Shown here: in pieces, positions 26,195 through 33,727 of the stretch
Numbering within the stretch: the first letter of the stretch is position 1
How the letters are laid out: every line of letters starts with the position of its first letter
Source: a virus
Taxonomy: Duplodnaviria > Caudoviricetes
IMG/VR virus record: IMGVR_UViG_3300037458_000523
Location: 1 to 39,356 of that record
DNA length: 39,356 nt
Strand: one strand, 5' to 3'
Made by a program: the position numbers and the translations under genes
The notes under the pieces: generated by a model
Databases searched by the model: none
The model's input: the letters and a program-made list of their open reading frames with translations, nothing else
Told to the model about the DNA's origin: nothing

Positions 26195-27274
26195 ATGCAG
26201 AAGTCGCTGAACACAGACACGTTAGCCTTTCATCTGGGGTACAGGCCCGGGGTTTTGTCCCGGGATGTCTCCTCTCTCCCACTGCCCGGGGTCATAGAGG
26301 CTATGAACGTTTTTATGGGGGAGTTGGCGGCAGGGGCCAAGGATAATGAGCCCAAGCTTGAAAGTCCCGAGTTTGCCGGGGCTGAGTTCTACCTTCTGAA
26401 TCATGCCGTGTCGATTATCCGTCGCAGGGTGCATCCATTGTCCCCCTTGGGGGCTTACGCGCCACTGGTTGATCTGTATTTCGACCGTCTGGCGATTAAC
26501 TCTGCCCGGATGTTTTACTACCTGTTGCTGATTTGCACTCGGGAATCCCGGCATGATAAAAGCTCGCAGACTTCCAGTAAGTTAGCTCCCTTGGCGAAGC
26601 AGTATGGCACCAGTGTGTCCAAGTTTCATGCCTCGTTGAAGGGTCTCGGGTCTGACACAGCAGCCACACGTCTTCGGACCAGCCCACCAGAGACAAGCCT
26701 TGGGGCGTGGACAAATTTTCTCAGGGACATCTTCTACACTGGGAGCTATAGCGGTGGGTACGGAGGTATCGCATGGGGTGCTGTAGCTGATGCCTTGACT
26801 GGGTTTGTTCATGGCAACCTGTCGGCTGAGATGATGATGGATACAGCATTTACCCTGTGCCATAACAATGGGCCGATCTTCAATAAGGGGATGCTCTATA
26901 CCGGATATGGGGGCACGATCTACAAGTTGCTGGATGTACAGAGGTCGGGTCAGGTTCCCCAGCTTCTTGGGTCCCGCGCTCTACCCTTGAAGTCCCAGAC
27001 TGCCGTAGATACGTTGTACGAGAGGTGGAAGATGTGCAGGGATGTGATAGGGGACGAGTTCGATGGTACTGTGGATTGGTTCCTAGTGGAATCTTTGGGG
27101 TCATTGCACAAGTACTCGAAGGAAAAGGCGGAGCAGTTAAAAGCCGCAGGTGGGGTAGATCCCCAGACGGCAGCCAATACCGTGGGGGCGGTGAAGGGCT
27201 CCCAAGAATACTTCACCCCGTATTTAGGGTTTAGCGTGAAAAAAGTACCTAGTCCAGTGAGGGCAAAGCCATGA
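26195..27274 (+). CDS. hypothetical protein (359 aa)
   Basis: Long ORF with its own promoter and RBS; motifs GGYGGIAWG and HNNGPIFNKG. Confidence 0.85.
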   Translation: MQKSLNTDTLAFHLGYRPGVLSRDVSSLPLPGVIEAMNVFMGELAAGAKDNEPKLESPEFAGAEFYLLNHAVSIIRRRVHPLSPLGAYAPLVDLYFDRLAINSARMFYYLLLICTRESRHDKSSQTSSKLAPLAKQYGTSVSKFHASLKGLGSDTAATRLRTSPPETSLGAWTNFLRDIFYTGSYSGGYGGIAWGAVADALTGFVHGNLSAEMMMDTAFTLCHNNGPIFNKGMLYTGYGGTIYKLLDVQRSGQVPQLLGSRALPLKSQTAVDTLYERWKMCRDVIGDEFDGTVDWFLVESLGSLHKYSKEKAEQLKAAGGVDPQTAANTVGAVKGSQEYFTPYLGFSVKKVPSPVRAKP

Positions 27275-27942
27275 CCTATTCCAGCCGCAGTCACAGCAGC
27301 AAGAAATACCCGAGGTGCTATGAGACCCACCCTCCTCTTCCAATTGGGGACAGCGTGATTTATGGTGGGTCCTGCGGGTCTCCGATTATCCATGATGCCG
27401 ACGTTTATGTGGGGTTCGATTACTCCATGGAGAAGAGTCCCATGTCGTATCCGTGGGTCCCCGGGGAGTCGTTCTATTTCCCCATAGCTGACATGCACGC
27501 CCCTAGCGACCTGAATCAATTCAAGTCCTTGATTACATGGCTTCACGGTATGCTCCTTGACAAGAAGAAGGTGCATATCGGGTGCGTTGGTGGTCATGGA
27601 CGTACCGGGACGGTACTTGCGGCTCTGGTGCGTGTGATGATTGAAGAAAATGACGCCATTGGGTACGTGCGCCATCACTACTGCCAGAAGGCGGTGGAGT
27701 CAGAAGCTCAGGTCTCCTTCTTGGTGAGGCACTTTGGTATTCTGCCAGCAGCAGCAACAAAGATGGGGGTGGGATTCTCCCATGGAGGACGCTCCTTTCC
27801 CGCCGTCACTCCTTTTGGCAGGAAGGAGAGGGCGGAACCTTTGACCGCCGCTGCCGCAGTACCCTCCGGGAAGTCGCTATCAATATGGGGGCCAGATGTT
27901 GTATTTGACAATTCAACGAAATCGGGTATAATACAGCCATAG
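27271..27942 (+). CDS. Cys-dependent (PTP/DSP-like) phosphatase
   Basis: FPIADMHAP, VHIGCVGGHGRTG (CX5R), AVESEAQ. Confidence 0.88.
   Translation: MTYSSRSHSSKKYPRCYETHPPLPIGDSVIYGGSCGSPIIHDADVYVGFDYSMEKSPMSYPWVPGESFYFPIADMHAPSDLNQFKSLITWLHGMLLDKKKVHIGCVGGHGRTGTVLAALVRVMIEENDAIGYVRHHYCQKAVESEAQVSFLVRHFGILPAAATKMGVGFSHGGRSFPAVTPFGRKERAEPLTAAAAVPSGKSLSIWGPDVVFDNSTKSGIIQP
27905..27932 (+). promoter_or_regulatory. sigma70-type phage promoter
   Basis: TTGACA-N16-TATAAT. Confidence 0.88.
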
Positions 27943-27960
27943 TCTACGGAGGGATTCTAA

Positions 27961-28803
27961 ATGGCAGTCGCGTACAAACAGGAGTACATGCAAGTGCCCC
28001 TTGTGGACATTTGCATGTTGTTTTCATTGCCTCCTGACATTATCAAAGTCATTCTGACGAGCCATCTTGGAATAACTTTGTGGCATAAGCCACCAAAGAC
28101 GTACTACTTCCAGACTGCTCTGGGGAGTGTCAGCTATTTCGAGATTTTGCCCTCAGCCATTAGCATGGCAAAGAATCATCACCTTGGGCCCGCGTCTCTG
28201 GCTTGTATTAGGCAAGAGATTCTTACCGCCTTGAAAGTTCTTGGTATCCCTGCAAAGGAGCCTGTTTCTCACAGCATAAAGGAACAGTCACATGATTTCA
28301 TGCTGTCCTTTGTTGAGGAAACGCTACCTCAGAAGCTGGACACTGCCCCATTAGGCATCAAGATGCCCGAGGCCAACGACGTGCCTGTGCCGCCCCCGGC
28401 AGGGTTTTGGACTGCCGATCAATTTTCCATGGAGGATACCAGCATGAAGAGTACAGTCCATCTGAGGGACGCAACAGAGTTGTACCAGCCAGTTTTTGGA
28501 ACGTCATCCGAGTCGACTTATCATGTGGTGGCGTTGCTGGATGGTCTTAACATCGGAGTTATCGCCAAGGGAAAGTGCATTACGTTTCGCGCCGAGGGGA
28601 GTAACTTGAAGGTCTTCTCCGGGAAATTGGAGGGGGTGGGGTTCGAGAAGAAGACAGAGAACCACATGAGTTTTAGCTTGTGCTTTGACGACACTAACGT
28701 GTTCAAGGCTAACGCTGTCATTGGGACCATTATCGGTGCCGTGGGATTCGACAAGCTGCGTAAAGTAGGGTCTCTCAATAAGGCGGGGGTGCCATGGGCA
28801 TAA
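27961..28803 (+). CDS. hypothetical protein
   Basis: Promoter and RBS upstream; possible internal start at 28444. Confidence 0.75.
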   Translation: MAVAYKQEYMQVPLVDICMLFSLPPDIIKVILTSHLGITLWHKPPKTYYFQTALGSVSYFEILPSAISMAKNHHLGPASLACIRQEILTALKVLGIPAKEPVSHSIKEQSHDFMLSFVEETLPQKLDTAPLGIKMPEANDVPVPPPAGFWTADQFSMEDTSMKSTVHLRDATELYQPVFGTSSESTYHVVALLDGLNIGVIAKGKCITFRAEGSNLKVFSGKLEGVGFEKKTENHMSFSLCFDDTNVFKANAVIGTIIGAVGFDKLRKVGSLNKAGVPWA

Positions 28804-28991
28804 CTACTGTAGCTGGCAGAGGGGTTCCGCTTGGTGCCCTGTTTGGGTCTTTGTGCCCCACGCAGGTTATAGCCACCCCTGTTCCTGACCCAGAGGGGCG
28901 TGATGTGTTTAGGCTGACGTATCTTGCGGTTTTCCTCGGGAAGGCAGTACGGACGAAGACAGAGGAGGGAGAGTCATGGACATGGTTATGA
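28794..28991 (+). CDS. hypothetical protein
   Basis: Tiles the operon. Confidence 0.55.
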   Translation: MGITTVAGRGVPLGALFGSLCPTQVIATPVPDPEGRDVFRLTYLAVFLGKAVRTKTEEGESWTWL

Positions 28992-29398
28992 GCTTCATCA
29001 AGCTTTCGGACATTCTCCAGATGCCTTTGTCTTATGATCCAGAGCCATCGGTTGGCCTCTTTGGAAGCCGTGCGGCAGCGTTGGCCACGTCTGGGGAGGG
29101 AACCTTACCCTTCACCCTAACCGCCGAGAAGGTCTTCATGAACGAGCAGTGCGGGGTTCTGGTCCATGTTATGGGGGACTTATGGGTACTTGCCTCCCAC
29201 TACCCCAAGACCGGGGCTCTTGGGGTCTACTTGATCGACGCGAACAAGCTGGAGATGGACGGGATCAAGACCCCTCCTACCTTGTTCATCAGTAAGACGT
29301 TCAGTATGCTGGAGGTTTACAGGGCGCTGTCCCATGCTATCGTTAAGGCATTCACGAGACGTGGCAACTCGTGGGAAGAGATGCGACTCCCCACCTGA
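28976..29398 (+). CDS. hypothetical protein
   Basis: GAGGAGG RBS. Confidence 0.65.
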   Translation: MDMVMSFIKLSDILQMPLSYDPEPSVGLFGSRAAALATSGEGTLPFTLTAEKVFMNEQCGVLVHVMGDLWVLASHYPKTGALGVYLIDANKLEMDGIKTPPTLFISKTFSMLEVYRALSHAIVKAFTRRGNSWEEMRLPT

Positions 29399-29423
29399 TA
29401 GACTTCCGTTGGTACCATAACAA

Positions 29424-29448
29424 GACCCCCGCGAATTCCGTGGGGGTT
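29424..29448 (+). other. GC-rich hairpin upstream of the DNA polymerase gene (no U-tract)
   Basis: GACCCCCGCG-AATTC-CGTGGGGGTT. Confidence 0.5.
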
Positions 29449-29465
29449 CGTGCGTTGAGGGATTC

Positions 29466-31841
29466 ATGTTAATCATCTGGTGCAGTGCTAAGGTTGGCCT
29501 TATTAAGCAGGTAATTGGGTCAGTTGTGCAGCAGTACAGCATTCCACATCGGGTAGAGCCCGATACCATGCAGTTTCCCCATGTCGATGCAGGGGATGTT
29601 GTACTCGCTTGTGGAGGCAAAGCCTTGTCGTGTCTGCAAGGGCACAAGTTGGTACCGAAGAATAGAACGATCACGTCCCTACGTGAGAAGCCGATTCTAG
29701 CCAATAGCGCCAGCATTCTTCTTACCTTTGACCCGGGGGTAACTGAGCAGGACTATGCCCGACTTCCTGAGATTCAGTGGGATGTGCAGTTGGCTATTCG
29801 TTTGCACAATACCGGGACTACTACTCCCTTGTTGGGAGACTACAGTCTGGTGGAGTCCCTGCATGAGGTAATGCAGGAAGTGGAGCGCCAGTATCCCATA
29901 ACCAGCAGTGCTGTTCCCCTAGCGTGTGATATAGAGACTACAGGATTGGACGAGTACCGCCCCGGGGCTAGGATTGTTTCCTGCTCCTTCACGGTTACTG
30001 AGGGGGTGTCCAAGGTGCTGTACTTTGCTGACGGGGAGGCCCCACGTAAGCCCCCAGAGGGGCTCCCAGAGTCCAAGTGGGGTTACTGGAACGACTTGTG
30101 GTATCAAATAAACTGGTTGCTGACGACGCCAAAGGTGGCCCTACGCGGCGCCAACTTCAAATATGATTCACGGTGGATTAACTACCATTGGGGCATTAAC
30201 TGCACTAACCAGACATTCGATACGACCCTTGTGGGGAGCCTTTTAGACGAAAATCGCTCTAACAACCTGAAGCTACATGCCAAGATATTCACTCCTCTCG
30301 GGGGCTATGATGACCAGATGACAAAGGAGGACATGGCTCACATGGAGCTTGTCCCAATCCCGAAGATCGTGTCCTACAACGGGGGGGACACTGATGCCAC
30401 GTTGCGGGTGTCTAAGGTGTTTCGGTCAGAGGTCCTGAAAAACCGCCGCTTGGCCAACCTGTACACCAAGCTTGTACAACCCGCCGCAAAAGTTTTCGAG
30501 AAGATGGAGCGGAACGGAATTTACGTTGATGTTCCGTACTACCAAAAGTTGCAAGGGGACCTTGAAGAAGAAATCTCCGGCATAAAGACCCAGATTCTTG
30601 ACTTGATTCCGTCCTCGATCAAAAAGAAGTACGAGGACAACCTTTCGATTACCCGTCCTGCGTTACTGCGCGACTTCCTCTTTACCAAGGCAGGGTTGGG
30701 TCTAAAGCCGGTCATGTGGACAGCGGTTGCCAAAGAGCCCAGCATTGCTACGGACCATCTGATGTCATTCTCCGAGCATCCGGTGGCCAAGGAGTTTGTG
30801 TCCCTGTACTCAGCCCTCGGGAGTGCAGAAAAGACGCTTTCAACGTTTGTGGTGGGATTCCTTAAGCATCTTAGGCCGGATGGTAAGTTCCATCCAAGCT
30901 TTATGCTTCATCGGGGTACCTACGGGGGGGACAGCGCCAAAGACGATGCTGGAACGGTCACTGGGAGGACTAGCGCGAAAGACCCAGCAGTTCAAACCAT
31001 CCCTGAGCATACCAAGTGGGCCAAGCGGCTGCGACGAGCATTCCCAGCACCTCCCGGATACACGATCCTGCACTTGGACTACTCGCAGGGGGAGCTTAAG
31101 ATTTGTGCGGTGGTTGCCAAAGAGGAGGTAATGCTTTCAGCCTACCTGAACGGGATGGACCTCCATAGCATTACGGCCTCACGGTTGAATGGCTACTCTA
31201 TGGATGAGTTCATGCTGTTGCCAGATGACGTTAGGGACGAGTTGAGGGCGGGTGGAAAGGCAGGGAACTTTGGTCTTCTTTACGGGATGCAGCACCTTGG
31301 GTTCCGGGATTATGCTTGGTATTCCTTCGGGGTGTCCATGACGGAGGAGCAGGCATTTACCCATCGGCAAGCCTTCTTTGAGCTTTACCCCCGCCTTCTG
31401 TTGTGGCACGAAGAGTCAAAGGCATACGCCAGAAGGCACTTGCAGGTCACTAGCCCGTTGGGTCGGGACAGGCATTTGCCGTTGATCAATTCCTCTGACC
31501 GAGAAGCCCGTTCAAAGGCAGAGAGGCAGGCTATCAACTCCCCGATCCAATCGACGCTATCTGACCTTATGCAGTTGGCCATGGTGCATATCGACAGAAG
31601 ATATGGTGATGAGGACATCGAAATGTTCCTGATGACCCATGATTCGTTGAGTCTCCGTGTTCCGATAGATAGGGCTGTAGAGTGGGCGGTCAGGCTCAAG
31701 GAGGTAATGGAGAACCTTCCCCTTAAGGAGGACTTTGGATGGGACTCCCCCTTGAAATTTACGACTGACGCGAAGGTTGGTGCCCCAGATGATGAGGGGG
31801 TAATCAGCCTCGCGTCGTTGCAGAAGCTGAAGGCAGCATAA
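29466..31841 (+). CDS. family A DNA polymerase with 3'-5' exonuclease and N-terminal UDG-like remnant
   Basis: CDIETTG, NFKYD, YNGGD (Exo I-III); TGRTS, DYSQGELK (A), KAGNFGLLYG (B), THDS (C). Confidence 0.95.
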   Translation: MLIIWCSAKVGLIKQVIGSVVQQYSIPHRVEPDTMQFPHVDAGDVVLACGGKALSCLQGHKLVPKNRTITSLREKPILANSASILLTFDPGVTEQDYARLPEIQWDVQLAIRLHNTGTTTPLLGDYSLVESLHEVMQEVERQYPITSSAVPLACDIETTGLDEYRPGARIVSCSFTVTEGVSKVLYFADGEAPRKPPEGLPESKWGYWNDLWYQINWLLTTPKVALRGANFKYDSRWINYHWGINCTNQTFDTTLVGSLLDENRSNNLKLHAKIFTPLGGYDDQMTKEDMAHMELVPIPKIVSYNGGDTDATLRVSKVFRSEVLKNRRLANLYTKLVQPAAKVFEKMERNGIYVDVPYYQKLQGDLEEEISGIKTQILDLIPSSIKKKYEDNLSITRPALLRDFLFTKAGLGLKPVMWTAVAKEPSIATDHLMSFSEHPVAKEFVSLYSALGSAEKTLSTFVVGFLKHLRPDGKFHPSFMLHRGTYGGDSAKDDAGTVTGRTSAKDPAVQTIPEHTKWAKRLRRAFPAPPGYTILHLDYSQGELKICAVVAKEEVMLSAYLNGMDLHSITASRLNGYSMDEFMLLPDDVRDELRAGGKAGNFGLLYGMQHLGFRDYAWYSFGVSMTEEQAFTHRQAFFELYPRLLLWHEESKAYARRHLQVTSPLGRDRHLPLINSSDREARSKAERQAINSPIQSTLSDLMQLAMVHIDRRYGDEDIEMFLMTHDSLSLRVPIDRAVEWAVRLKEVMENLPLKEDFGWDSPLKFTTDAKVGAPDDEGVISLASLQKLKAA

Positions 31842-31905
31842 CTATCTTCTTTGAAGTACAATGGGGCTCTATAGCCCATTTGTACTGCCAGCCAGAGGAA
31901 CCCCT

Positions 31906-33726
31906 ATGTCCGACACCAATGATGTCCCTGCTATTGAGGAGGGGGAAGTTTATTCCATCGCAGCAGTTCGCAAGGCGGATACTGCGGCCCTGATTACCAA
32001 CGGTACAGACTCTTTTCCGGCAGACAACTTCGCCGGCTCCTACTGGACTGGCCAAGGTGGGCCGAGTAGTTCGGCAGCGCCAGTAGCAATTCTTGAGCCG
32101 GTATTCAAGCCGGGGGTTTTGTGGGCATTGGTGACCCAGAACAATACCCTTCTCCAGTGCATTGAGGCCATGGAGGTCAATATTGATGGCACAGGGCACT
32201 CTATCGACCTTACCGATGAGCAAGAGTCTGAGCCAAAAGATGACCCGGAGAAGAGTATGTTGGAGGACTTCTTCCGGGAGCCCTACCCGGGCAAGTCCAT
32301 GGTGGAAATTCGTCGGGCTGTGCGCCGAGACCTTGAATCAACAGGAAACGGGTACATGGAGGTTATCCGGGGTGTAGATGATACGGTTGTCCTACTGAAC
32401 AGCCTCGATGCGGAAAATATGCGCCTTGTGCGTCTGGATGACCCAGTGCTTGTCACCAAGGAACTTGTCCGAGGAGGGAAAGACCTCAAGGTTCAGCTTC
32501 GTTCCCGCGAGCGGAGGTTCGTTCAGAACGTCAATGGAACCAAGGTTTTCTTCAAGGAGTTCGGTGCCTCTCGTGATCTGGACAGGGATACTGGCTTGTG
32601 GGCCAAGCCGGGGGCGAGACTTCCTATGGAGAAGAGGGCTAGTGAAGTAATCCACTTCACCGGGAACAAGGAAGCCAAGACACCGTATGGTGGCCCTCGC
32701 TGGATCAATCAGCTACCTGCGGTTCTTGGGTCGCGCAAGGCTGAGGAACATAACCTTGAGTTCTTTGATGGTGGCGGCATCCCCCCGGTGCTAGTCATTA
32801 TCGAGGGCGGGACCCTTGGGGAGCGTCTGAGGGAAGACCTCAAGCGGCACTTGACTGGTCAAGGTGGAAAGTCGAGAGCGGCAATTGTGGAGGCGATCTC
32901 TACCTCGGGGACCATTGATTCTGCGGGCAGCGTGAGGGTACGTGTGGAGCGGTTTGGGGCAGAGCGGCAACAGGATTCCATGTTCCAGAGCTATGACAAG
33001 GACTCAGCCGAGCACGTCAGGATGGCATTCCGTATCCCGGCGATATTTATTGGGAAGGCGGCAGATTACAATTTTGCCACTGCATATACTGCCTACATGG
33101 TGGCAGAAGCACAGGTCTTTGCCCCTGAACGGCAAGAGTTCGATGCAAGGATCAACCATACTGTCGTCAAGGCCCTTGGAGCCAAGCGGTACCGTTTCCG
33201 GTCGCTGCCCCTAACTCTGACTGACATCGCCAACCAGTTGAAGGCACTGGAGTTGGCCATGTCGAACAAGATCATCTCGGGACAAGAGTCAGTGACGAAG
33301 CTGAACGAGGTTACTGGACTGTCTATGGAGTACACGGAGCCCCCGGCCCCTGAACCTCCCCCGGTCACTTCTTCCCCCGCTACATCCCCTGATGGTAATC
33401 CCACTACGTCAGGTGACCCCAATGCTGTGGGGGCAGTTCCAGCAGCGATCCCCGTCACCCGTCCGGTGAAGAAGGAGGAGCAAGACAGGTTGTCGGCCCT
33501 TGCCTTGGAGTGGATTGCCGTTGTGGGGGTTGATGGGGAGGAAGCACAGTCCCTGTACTCAGAGACGGCAAAGGACCGCATTTTCAAAGCTGTTGCCGAC
33601 CTTAGTCCCGCTGAGGCTCAGGACTTTCATACCTTCGTGGCTGCCCATAGCCTCAAGGCATCTGGTTTAGACCTCCCGGGTCTAGCAGAGCTTTGCGCGT
33701 GCTGCCAACCCCTAGTGGAGCGGTAG
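31906..33726 (+). CDS. phage portal protein
   Basis: DLESTGNGYMEV, EVIHF, YGGPRW, HNLEFFDGGGIP, FRIPAIFIG...NFATA; start behind AGAGGA. Confidence 0.9.
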   Translation: MSDTNDVPAIEEGEVYSIAAVRKADTAALITNGTDSFPADNFAGSYWTGQGGPSSSAAPVAILEPVFKPGVLWALVTQNNTLLQCIEAMEVNIDGTGHSIDLTDEQESEPKDDPEKSMLEDFFREPYPGKSMVEIRRAVRRDLESTGNGYMEVIRGVDDTVVLLNSLDAENMRLVRLDDPVLVTKELVRGGKDLKVQLRSRERRFVQNVNGTKVFFKEFGASRDLDRDTGLWAKPGARLPMEKRASEVIHFTGNKEAKTPYGGPRWINQLPAVLGSRKAEEHNLEFFDGGGIPPVLVIIEGGTLGERLREDLKRHLTGQGGKSRAAIVEAISTSGTIDSAGSVRVRVERFGAERQQDSMFQSYDKDSAEHVRMAFRIPAIFIGKAADYNFATAYTAYMVAEAQVFAPERQEFDARINHTVVKALGAKRYRFRSLPLTLTDIANQLKALELAMSNKIISGQESVTKLNEVTGLSMEYTEPPAPEPPPVTSSPATSPDGNPTTSGDPNAVGAVPAAIPVTRPVKKEEQDRLSALALEWIAVVGVDGEEAQSLYSETAKDRIFKAVADLSPAEAQDFHTFVAAHSLKASGLDLPGLAELCACCQPLVER

Positions 33727-33727
33727 C

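Noticed and set aside
5924-27942. Similar C-terminal peptides FDNSLETGSIKS (5963), FDNSTKSGIIQP (27942) and FEKAHSPCSITA (12208)
   Set aside because: These are translations of the overlapping promoter consensus, not a protein motif.
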